DNA from: the human T2T-CHM13v2.0 reference genome, Homo sapiens
Assembly (NCBI RefSeq): GCF_009914755.1
Contig: NC_060926.1
Reading direction: 5' to 3' (one strand)
DNA length: 64,000 nucleotides
The notes beneath the pieces were generated by a model. The model searched no databases, had not been told where the DNA came from, and saw nothing but the letters and a program-made list of their open reading frames with translations. Each line of letters starts with the position of its first letter. Positions within the stretch are counted from its first letter, which is position 1. Position numbers and translations under genes: made by a program. This document shows positions 1-11,250 of the stretch, piece after piece.

Positions 1-893
1 CCTGTATAAGGTGTTTGGGAACCTCTGTTGGAGGGTCTCACCCAGTCAGGAGGCACGGGAACTGGGACCTGCTTAATGAAGTGCTCTGGCTGCCCCTTGG
101 CGAAGGGAGTGTGCTGCACTGGGAGGAATCCCACTTGTCCAGACTGCCCGGATTCCTCAGAGCCAGCAGCAGGAAGACTACATCTGCTGATCCATGGAGA
201 TCACAGCCGCCCCTCCTCTCAGGAGCTCAGTCCCAGCGAGATCAGAGTTCTGTCCCTAAAATCCTGGCTGGAGTTGCTTAAATTCCTGCAGGGAAGACCC
301 AGTTGGTGAGGAGGGATGGATCAGGGTCCAGCCTAAAGAGGCAGTCTGGCCACGATCCGCCACAGCTGCTGTGCTGCACTGTGGGGAATTCCTCCTGGGT
401 CCAAACCATCTAGTCTCCCTGGCGCCAGCAGGGGAAAAATGGCAGACTGGAGCCACAGTGATGACAGCCACCCCTCCCCACAGGAACTCAGTAATCTTAA
501 GCAGTCTGCAGCCAAGTGGCCACCAAGAATCTACACAGCTCTGTTCTTGGGACCCAGGGCTCTGATGGCATGGGCTCACGAGTGGGATCTCCTGATCCAT
601 GGGTTACACGGAACCATGGGAAAAGCATGGTTTCCCAGATGAAGTAGCACAGTCACTCACTGCCTCCCTTGGCTGGAGGTGGGAGCTTCCCTTGCCCCAT
701 GTGGCTCCCAGGTGGGCTGTCACACCACCCTGCTTTTCCTTGCTCTCCATGGGTCATGCCACCCACCTAGTCAGTCCCAATGAAAGAACCTGGATACCTC
801 AGTAGCTGGTGCAGAATTCACTTGCCATTTTTTTCTTCTCAGTGGGAGCCTCCGACCACAGCTGTTTCTAGTTGGCCATCTTGGCCCCTCCCC
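1..893 (-). mobile_element. LINE-1 5'UTR of an older primate L1PA/L1P3-type element; the element body lies left of the window
   Basis: Reverse complement of 841-893 is GGGGAGGGGCCAAGATGGCCAACTAGAAACAGCTGTGGTCGGAGGCTCCCACT, the typical L1PA 5' terminus with the YY1 box CAAGATGGCC (874-883). GC-rich with decayed CpGs. Confidence 0.85.
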
Positions 894-1179
894 ACCAAAA
901 TCACACTCTTTAATCCTTCCTATGCTGCCCCTGGTATTTAAGACCCTTCATGATCAGGCTCCAGATACCCTCTCTAGACCAACCTTCTGCTTCTTACTTG
1001 CCTGCTCTTGACAAGCCAGCATCAGAGGAATGTCTCTGTTTCCAGAACACTTTCCAAGGCTGTTAGCTCTGTATCTTTCCTCCTGTTGTTTATCTCTTCA
1101 GATGCTCAGGATAACTGACTTATATTTATATTCCAGGTTATTTGCAGAGCAGGTAACACGTCTTACAAACCCCCATAGC

Positions 1180-1360
1180 CACAGGGATTCCTTAAAGCTG
1201 GGTGCCAGCTCCACCTGCATCAGAATCACCTGGGCCCTTGAGAGAAATGTAGGCTCCCAGACCCCTTTCAGACCTTTTCCTGGGGTTGCAACCCCAGAAT
1301 CTGTGTTATTCAATAAAGACTCAATTGATTCTTAGTGATGCCAACGTTCAAGGTACTAGA
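1180..1360. mobile_element. MER5A-like hAT-Charlie MITE relic
   Basis: GCATCAGAATCACCTGGG...AGAATCTG...GATTCTT motifs typical of MER5. Confidence 0.6.
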
Positions 1361-1699
1361 CCTGGAACACAGGGTCTTCCAAACGGAACCGCACAAATAT
1401 CTGTTTGATTTTCATAAAGGGCACCAAGAAACTTTGCTTTCCTTAAGAAAGGCACCTCAAGGTCTCTGAATGAAACTTCCCACATGGAATGTTGTTTGTG
1501 CTCTTTCTGCAAGCACCATCAGCAGTTTCAGCTTCTTGGGCCGCTAACAGCCAAAGTACCCATTGGAAAAAAAAAAAAGAAGTCTCTTTTTAGTGCATTA
1601 GATCCTGTTTTTTAGAAATGTGTTTCCAAATATAAACCAATTTCTTTCACCCGGTGCCAGCAGGCACCATGTGAGCAGATGAGAAGCAAGTGAGGTCAG

Positions 1700-1960
1700 A
1701 GACTGCATGGTCTAACTTAGTGGTCAGGCATGCAGCCTCTGGGTCTGTCTGTCTGCCTGGGCTTGAACTGGGCTCTGCCACTACCAGTGTGACTTTGATC
1801 ACATTATTTAACCTCTCTGCTTCTCGGTTTCCTCATCTGAAAGCCAGGGATAATAATAATGCCTACCTGGTAACATTGTTATGAGGAATAAATCCGTCAA
1901 ATGGAGGAAACATTTAGGATGGAAACTAACTTGCTGTAGGCACTTGGGAACATGCTGCTG
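1700..1960 (+). mobile_element. MIR SINE
   Basis: Core GGCTCTGCCACTACCAGTGTGACTTTG...TTTAACCTCTCTG...GTTTCCTCATCTG...ATAATAATGCCTACC. Confidence 0.8.
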
Positions 1961-2154
1961 TGCTCAGCAGGCTTATGAATCTTTGCAATTCTAAACCCAA
2001 TGTTTGAAGCTGGTTACTGAGCCCATCAAGTAGAGTGGCACTCTTCCCTGCACTTACATTTCTGCTTCTGAATTTCAGAGTAAGACAATTGCCGTGGCAG
2101 GATTCTCCTGTGTCTTAATGAAATCATGACATGGAGGCCCTCTCCCCCAACACC

Positions 2155-2157
<3 letters not shown>

Positions 2158-2196
<39 letters not shown>
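2158..2196. repeat. (CA)n microsatellite, about 19 units
   Basis: Read directly from the sequence. Confidence 0.97.
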
Positions 2197-2199
<3 letters not shown>

Positions 2200-5100
2200 G
2201 CATGAAGATGGAAGTGTTTAAGTCTCCTTCGTTGTACTCCTTGCCCTTGGTGAAGAGGGATTCTAATAATCTAACGATCATAGGTAGTTTACATCAAAAT
2301 CTTCCTATTGCACAGGCTTTAGAAATTAATGGGAGGGGAAAGGGGTCAGGTAAAGATGTGGCCATGATGCATAAATATCTACTGCAAAAATTGCATGTGC
2401 TACTCTAACATATATATGTAATCTAAAATAGTTAGGGAAAAGCAGACTTCAGGAACAGTATATTTTGCCCCTAGAGTGTTCTGTCTCCAGGTAGCACCTT
2501 GGGCAGGTAACTGTGTAGTGGTTTTTCCTAAGGGGCAGGAGGAAATCAGGACCTTACACTGTTGAACCTGTTAGCCCCCAAAGTCTGACCTTGGAATTGA
2601 ACCATTGTCTGCTACATGATTATCAGACGAAATCCACAGTGTTTAGATACTGAAATTCTAGGACCACAGTTACAATAGAAAGAGAGAGAGATGATTTAAG
2701 GGGCCTATCAAGTTAGGATGATTTGTTCCTTTGGTTGCCATTCTCTTTAAACAAAGCCTGTTCTGTGGATAAACAGACCATGGGGTAATGATATGCAGGT
2801 ATCGTTCAAATGGATTGCATGACTGTTTTTTGTGGCCGCGCAGGATAGCTTCTGCCTTCCCCAAGATTTCCCTCTCTATGTTGTTCTCAGTTATCTTTTC
2901 TAATTGTTCTCAGCACCCACTTTAAAAACCTCTCATCCCCTCATAAAGGAAATTATTTTAGCAGGACCATTTTTAGGACCATCTGATAGGATGAAACACT
3001 CTTAAGGACCATTTTCCAGATAATGTCTGCTGAACTGTCATACAGAATCCAAAACTCATTGCACATGCAGTTTGTTAATAACTCAATTCTTGTATTTGTG
3101 GTCATTGTTTAAAAAAAAAGAAGGAATTAAATATGAGCAACCAAAATTATACTTGTTTAAACTGTTTGAGAAATGTCTTTGAGCACTCAGTCACTATCCT
3201 TTCTCCTTCATTTTCTGTACAAACATTTCCTTGGTGTGTATGAGGGCCACAAGCATCTGCTGCTGCACACTCCACCCATTCCAGTTCTTTGGAAAGAACA
3301 AGACCCCCCTCTTCTCATAACACAATGGGAAATGTGAGTGATGAAAGCGGATTTTTTTCCATAATCATTTCTATAATATAGGCCATCAAATGATCATTAT
3401 ATTTTATGATTCCGTAAAATCTGCCGAAATCAAAGCTATGTAATATACGTTGCAGAGGGCTCTGCTAATCCTTGCCAACCACATTCGTGCCTGGACCGAG
3501 GAGGAAGGTCTGGTAACTGGAAACCTGACACTAAAGGAATTCTAAGCACAGACTAAAAGCATCTCTGTGCACATAGCATGGGCGACTCAAGTATATTAGT
3601 TTGCGCTGATTTTTTTTAAAGCTTTGCAGTATTTGTAGAAGAACCAGAGAAGAAAGCACCGACCCCAGCTCAGCCACTAAATAATCTATGTGTGGCATGC
3701 TCAAGAATAGCATGGCTCTGCCAGATGTCGACTTTCTGCCAACGGGTACAGGCACCTCTCTTAGACAGCTCACAGGAGTTTTACATCATGTTACTTCCTG
3801 CCGTTCAAACCCCAAATTTGGCCACAGTCAATTATTACCAAAAAAGGAAACCCATAAAGGCTACTTTGGAAGTTAAAAAATTAGCTTTGTTTTGGCTGCT
3901 AATCACACACATAGTATTTTATAGAAATTAAGAACAAGATTCTACCCTTTGGAAGGTTTTCTGTAAGTGAAAAACCCAATGCATATGCCTAAGCCGGACA
4001 TTCACACCTCTGCTCATAAATTCTTCATGGTTTTTATACTTTCTGCTGCATATCTTATTTCTTCACATACTAAACTCACCCCCTTTCAAAACAAACTATC
4101 TTCTAGTTGCTGATGTGTCTCCAACTTAGTTGTTTTTCCCCTCTGTGACTCTTCAACTTCATCTATCCTTCCACATCCTAAAAGGAGCTCATCAGATGAG
4201 ATACTGTAGGAGTTCTTACACTCTGCCTTGAGACATGTAGAGGAAGTGTGCTCAGTTCTGTATTGCAAGAATCTGTCACTGATATTTGAAGACAGGATTA
4301 CAAATGATTTCTTTTAATAAATTATAGCAGACTCAAGTTTTCCCCTTCAATAATGTCACTCCCACTCATTTGAATTCCCTTGTTCTTTCCTGGATGGAAG
4401 GAAAGGGTGTTGAGTTACAGCAGGTGGCAGAGAAGTTTGCATAATTCTGGATTCTGCCTCTCCTGGGTATGAGTAGCTTATATGAAAATCATCCATCACG
4501 TCTGTTCTCAGGGAGAAAAGCTTGGGAGGCACTGGGACAGAGGGAACAGGACACCACCTTGACCTCGGGTTCGTGTTCATCAGCCCTCAAGCCCAGGTAC
4601 CACACTTGTAACTATGGTCATCACACCTGGGTTTGACATTGTCTCCCTAAGACCCTGTGTTTGAAATCCTGTGTACTGTACTTTGAAATACATAAAGATG
4701 TTCCTAGATTATTGCATTTATGACAGAGACAAAGAAAATTTCTTTGCTGTACCATCATAAAAATAGTAGTTAACTGACCCTTGAATAAATACGCTTAGCC
4801 TGTACCTAGTAAGCCCAGTTTCCAGTTAATCTTGAGTCAAGAGAGCTCTCAATTTCCTCAGCACCAGTTAGTCATGCTGAGCTCACTGGGAAGTCAGAGA
4901 AATTGAATCCCAGTGTAAGATTTATTGAGCACCTATTGTATTTCAAGTACTCTGTAGGGCAACAGAGATAAGACAGTATAATCTTGTTCTTGGCAAACAA
5001 GACAAATAAAATAACCTCTACCCTGATAAAATTTACAGTCATTCTGTGTTGGACCCAATACAACCCTTTATTCAGCCCACCATCCCTCCTACTTCCTTCC

Positions 5101-5271
5101 TTCTTCAGAATTTAGAAATCAGTCTCACCTCAACCACCATCAATCCCTGGCTCCCAAAGAAAGCCCACTTTCTCCTCTTTTCCCCTACCTTCCTCCAGCC
5201 CCTACCCACATTCAACCTTTTATAGTTACTGTACGTGTGTGGGTTTTCTCTTTACTTTAAACTCTCTTGAA

Positions 5272-5420
5272 CAAATTCAACATACATTTGTAGAGCACCT
5301 GTGATGTGCAAAGCCCTGTGTTAAGCTCGAAGGGAGATAGTTAGATATGTAAGACTCAGTTCCTTCCTTCAAGATGCTTGTACTCCATGCAGTATACAAC
5401 CAGCCACAAGGCAGGGTGAA
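5272..5420 (-). mobile_element. L2 3'-end fragment
   Basis: ATTCAACATACATTTGTAGAGCACCTGTGATGTGCAAAGCCCTGTG resembles the L2 3' terminus. Confidence 0.55.
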
Positions 5421-6415
5421 AGACAGATGAGGTGAGAATGACCAGCTGTGGCAGAGACAGAGGAGAGAGATTTTCTTTGCAATTGAGGGTGGTGGTGTAG
5501 ACATAGGAGGATTCAAAATTGCTCATGCCCCTTCATCTGTTCCAGTAAGTACAGCCACCTCATTCCTAGCAAGAGGTTTGCTATTAATTTTGTCCTTCCA
5601 GTATTGAGCCCTTTCCCTATACAGAATTGTTTTAGCAAATGTAGGAAGATGTCTTTCATCCTTGCGTAAACTGAAGGTAGTCAGCACCCAGAGCTGGCTA
5701 TCTGACCAGCTTAGTCTCTGATTTCCAGCCCCCCTTTTGCTTAATGAAAAATACTGACATACTGACATGGCAAAAAGAAGAAATCCTTATGTAAACAAAG
5801 TGATGCTTATTGCTTCTTTACATGTAAATAACATATATCTTTGTCGTGTTCAGACTTAATGGTTAACTTTCTTTATTGCGTGCATCTATGTGATTGAAAA
5901 CTGCATGCCTGAGATAGTTCCTATCAGTTTTCCAAGCAAAATCTGAATCCTTCTGGCCTCTGGAAATGAGCCTAATCCGAAATAAAATAAGCAATAATTT
6001 CAAAATATAGGTATTTTCATGACAGCCCCCTCTACGAGTTGTAAAGAAAACAAATATGGGCTTGTTTCTCTTTCCTTAAGTAAATATGGTTTCTGAGTAA
6101 AATTTTTAAATTGAAAGTTTTTAAAGAAAAACAGTAACATATACAAACAAAACTCAAGAAGTCACATGAAAAATGAAAGGTCTTAAAATACTGATACATT
6201 TGTTATGCGGATTCTTGTTTTAATCAGAATCTCCTAAGGAAGCTGCCCCTGGATTCCTCAGGGTTGGCTCAAAGCACACAGCATCCGACACCGTGATGAG
6301 CATTGCTGGGGCCCCAGAATGGATTGGTTTTGGGCTTTCCTACAAACACTAAATTTCACACAAATAAAGAGACTATGAAAAGAGAAACTCACGATTAACA
6401 AAACTAAAATTTTAG

Positions 6416-6757
<342 letters not shown>

Positions 6758-8718
6758 AAAATTAGTTTTTTTAATAATTTAAAATAATACACACATAATA
6801 GTCAGAAGAACTTAGAAGTTGTTCTGACAAAAGTCTGTAGGAAATTCTGTTATGAACAAAATGTTGTTATAAACAACAGCTACACACCATCCCCCAAAAT
6901 AAAGAAAAATTCTTCTAGCACTCTTTGAACCTTAAACAGTGTTTTAGTAGGCCAACTCATTGTTTTTCTTCTCTCTGAAAAATTAAAAATGCTAACTGTT
7001 ATGATGAGTTCCACAGAAAAAGACAATTTCCATGACTTCATTTCTTGACAAAGAACAGCTACCTCTCTTGCTTTCTGCCACATACAAGCAAACTCCCAGA
7101 CATAAAACCTCCCCTCAGAGGAAGCAATATGGGACCACAAAAGTATCTTGAGGTCTGCCCTATCTGCCCACGGGAAGCCTCCCCCTCACTGTGAGCTGTG
7201 AGCACTGGCTGCCTGGGAGGAGCAAGGTGTGGGAGAAGAGATAGCGACTGTCCCCCCATGTGCTCGCCGACTGTACTGTCACAACCTCTCAGGGTGGCTT
7301 CTGCCCTGTCACCACTTGATCTGGATTCTCTCTCCAAAAATTTAAAAAAACAAGGCGTGCCTGTCTTTTATAATGCTCTGTTTTAAGAGAGAGAAATCTC
7401 CAGGGAGAGAACAGGACCCTAAAAGTCCAAGGCCTGGAATTCTTCCTTTCTCTCTTTCCATTTTAAACAGGAAGCATTCATGCTAAGAGAGTCCGGAGGG
7501 AGGGCTGGTTGTATGTTCATTTGAAGGCAAATAATGTTTGTGTGTTGCAAATGTCAGTGATTTATCCTAAGGGCTTAAAATGAGTGCAGAAAAACCACAT
7601 GTTTCACTTCATGCAGAGAAATATCTTCAGTGGATTTTGAGAGAAAGTACAGGTTAAGAAAAATTTTTTGAGTGTATCGGATATCTCCAACATGAACCAA
7701 AAGGAAATGAAAATGAGCATGGTGAGGTGGAGGAGAGAGACTTAAAGAATTCTTATGATAAAAGATATACCGAAGGCTGGAAGTTTTCTAAATCAAAAAT
7801 GAAATTCTAAAGAAAGGGAAAGGTGAAATCCAGAGCCTTTATTTCCCATGGCTAGAGTGACAGATTATCCATTTGTGCTCCATTTGTCATGGGCGATTTA
7901 AAATACAGCAAAGCAAACTGCACTGAATAATAGCAGCTGATGCTATAATAACTTGTACACAAACAATTTAATTTTTTATCTGAAAACTCTAACTAAATTA
8001 CCCCAAGCTCAAGGATCTTTCATTATTATACATAGCCAAATTAAGACAAAAAAGTAGAGAGAATTCTATTGTTCATCCTTATAGATTTGTTCACAAGCTG
8101 CTTTCTACATGCACCGAGCTGGGAGCTTGTCAAATCTTCATTGATTTGAGCAACTTACAGAGCTGTTTTAACATCCACCTCCACAGATTACAGGGTGATT
8201 CTGACCCTCATTGACAGTGCTTGATTAACCACAGACACTGTATTCTCACAGCCCTGTCATTTCTTTCAAGTGTCCTAGCAGTGTGTCTGACATTGGGGAG
8301 CTTTCCCTTAATTATTGTTGTTGTTTTTCTTTTTTAAAAATTATAAAAGGGGGAGTGGCAAAAAAATGGGAAGGATCTGGGGATGGTGGTGGTGGTGAAT
8401 GTGTGCACAGAAGGTTTATGAGATTTTAAGAGCTGCAAACAGAACTCATCTGTTTAACCCCAGGCTAGATAAAATGCAGTCATCTGCACATTGTTTAGAG
8501 GCACACTGCTTCTGTTATGGCAAACGGATCAGAAGATGCTTGTTTTCTTTAGTGAGAGATCCAGACAGGGCCACTTTCTGTTAGTGTCTATTCTTACCCT
8601 GGATGTTTCTGTGTGCCTTACCCATTACAAGGTACAACTTACAGCTGGTTTGGCATTTCCCTATTCTGCTACTGGACTGGTGCTACTTCCTGGCTTTGTG
8701 GTAGAGTTGATTACTTTA

Positions 8719-9077
<359 letters not shown>

Positions 9078-9740
9078 CTAAGGACTGTAGAGCATTTAGG
9101 GAGGGGAGGGACATATGAATCCACACCAAGATGTAACAGCAGCCAACCAGAGTTAGACCAAGATGACAGCCCGTTTAAAAGAGCACCTCACAGATTTAGA
9201 AAAGCGAGTGCAGTCCATGGAAACTTTATGACTCCAAATAACCTGAACATTTCTATCACCATGCCTAGGACAGACTTCAGCCCAGCCTGTCCTGGATATG
9301 GTGGTAGAAAAGGGGAGGGAACTAATGACCCCATCCTTAAGAGAGGCAAACTCACTGCCTTGTTTAGGAAACTAGTTTGGTTACTATAATAAAGGCCAAC
9401 AGAAAAGGGTATAAACCAGATTGAAGTGTATTTTCCTCTCATGCACCAATGTGAATGGAAGCAATCCTGATTGACATGGTGGCTCCATGGCAACGGGGAC
9501 CCAGGCTCTCACCTTCTTGTTGCTCTGCCTCCCATAGCACGTGGTTTTCACCTTGTGGCCTAAGATGGTTTTTCTGCTGGCCAACAGGAAGGAGAGAAGG
9601 GAAGAAGTTCCCTTCTCTTCTTTTTAAGGGCACGTATCACTTCTGTTCCCATCCCATTGGCCAGACCTATGCGGTGGCCACACCAAACTGCACAGGAGGC
9701 TGAGGAACATGTTCTCCAGCCGGACGGCCAGCTTAGGAGC

Positions 9741-9771
9741 TGCTAACATGTGTCTCTTCTTCTCTTTCCAG
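9741..9771 (+). promoter_or_regulatory. PARD3B: Branch point, polypyrimidine tract and 3' splice acceptor of the PARD3B last exon
   Basis: TGCTAAC (9741-9747), then TCTCTTCTTCTCTTTCCAG|G; AG at 9770-9771. Confidence 0.9.
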
Positions 9772-10129
9772 GGGAGGACCCGCAGATCCTGTAGACTATC
9801 TGCCAGCAGCACCTCGGGGGCTCTACAAGGAAAGGGAGCTTCCCTATTATCCAGGGGCTCATCCTATGCACCCTCCCAAAGGGAGCTATCCCCGCCCCAC
9901 AGAGCTCAGGGTGGCAGATCTCCGGTATCCTCAGCACTACCCACCCCCGCCAGCTCCCCAGCACAAAGGACCCTTTCGACAAGACGTTCCGCCTTCCCCT
10001 CCCCAGCACCAAAGAATGCCAGCCTATCAGGAAACAGGCAGACCAGGGCCCCGTGGGGGCAGCCCAGACCAGTACCCTTACCGAACCCAGGATTCCCGGC
10101 AGAAGAACCCCATGACTGCAGCCGTATAG
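9772..10129 (+). CDS. PARD3B: Terminal coding exon of par-3 family cell polarity regulator beta (PARD3B/PAR3L); phase-2 entry, first full codon at 9773
   Basis: Translation GGPADPVDYLPAAPRGLYKERELPYYPGAHPMHPPKGSYPRPTELRVADLRYPQHYPPPPAPQHKGPFRQDVPPSPPQHQRMPAYQETGRPGPRGGSPDQYPYRTQDSRQKNPMTAAV*. It contains the Par3-family GPFRQDVPPSP motif and matches the recalled PARD3B C-terminus. Strong acceptor upstream; CpGs retained. Confidence 0.93.
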
Positions 10130-11204
10130 CTGAGTGCCACCGAGGCCAGCCCGGTCCAGAAAGGAAGGTGTCTACTCTACCTTTGCCCTTTCTAAACCTG
10201 AAGACCTCCTTGGTGTTAGGAATTCTCCATGTTACTGATAAGCTTTTTCTCACTGACATTGTAACGCATGACTGCTAATCAGAGAGAAAAAGAAGGGGAA
10301 GGGAATTGGGGAGGAAAAAAAATCAGAAGGAAGACGAAAGATGGGGCTATAAAAACAAAACTACCTGATAGTTGAAACGCTTTCAGAGTTGTTCAAATCA
10401 GTGAGAGTGGCAACGGAACACACAAACAACTAATTATGGAACTCTACTCTGGGGATCCTCTCTGGCTAGATAACCTGTGCTGATGTGCAGACACGTGGAC
10501 ATCCCCCTCTGAGACTGGCGGTCCAGAGGCAGTCTCTGCCAGGCAGCATTACCCGCTCCGAGGTGGAGCCTCAGCCCCCTTCTTAGAGCTGTTAAGTCTA
10601 AGGTGTGGCAGAGCAGACAGAGATAGAGGCATCTGAAGTGAGTATAGGTTTTTTGACTAAGAAAAAAAACAACAGCAAACATGACTAGTGATCTTGAAAT
10701 ATTTTGTACCGAGAGAAAGACTGCATTTATTTGTAGAATTTATCAGGTTTCTGATACCACTCATTGGATGTAAACATTTCATGTTTCCTCACTTTTGATA
10801 TGAAAGTCGGTAAAATGCAGTATTAGTCCCGGGAGGATGTGCACAGCTGGTCAGAGCTTCCAGAAGGAATATCTTCCGAGGACTAAGGTGATCAGGTTAA
10901 GAGGGTTCAACATCCCACGGCCCTCACCTTCCTCCCTCCCACATTCCAGGCATGGAGATATCTGGTTTCAGAGTCAGCCCCAAATCTCCTGCCTATAATT
11001 ACTTTAACTGGGGTCTCTAAGGTTCCCACTTGAGGGCTAAAATGTAGTTGGGAAAGAGGGCCTACTGGGGAGGTCTCACAGGAGGCAGTGCCCTGGGAAA
11101 TGCCAAGTCCAGACTCAGTGCCAAGCAGTAACCATCTGCACTCGGGGACAGCGAGGAGCTGACCGTGGCCTCTGATGACCAGCAGGTATTAGATGGAAGT
11201 GAAT

Positions 11205-11250
11205 GAGAGAGAGAGAGAGAGAGTATGTGTGTGTGTGTGTATGTGTGTGT
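11205..11250. repeat. Compound (GA)n(TG)n microsatellite in the 3'UTR
   Basis: Read directly from the sequence. Confidence 0.95.

Noticed and set aside
15-805. Cluster of overlapping ORFs at the window start
   Set aside because: They lie in the GC-rich L1 5'UTR and show no recognisable protein similarity.
4417-4430. CTCF-like motif ACAGCAGGTGGCAG (similar one at ~54390)
   Set aside because: A partial match expected by chance in 64 kb; it cannot be supported without ChIP data.
10127-10195. Possible stop-codon read-through (TAG CTG) extending PARD3B
   Set aside because: Not the established TGA-CTAG read-through context, and nothing else supports it.
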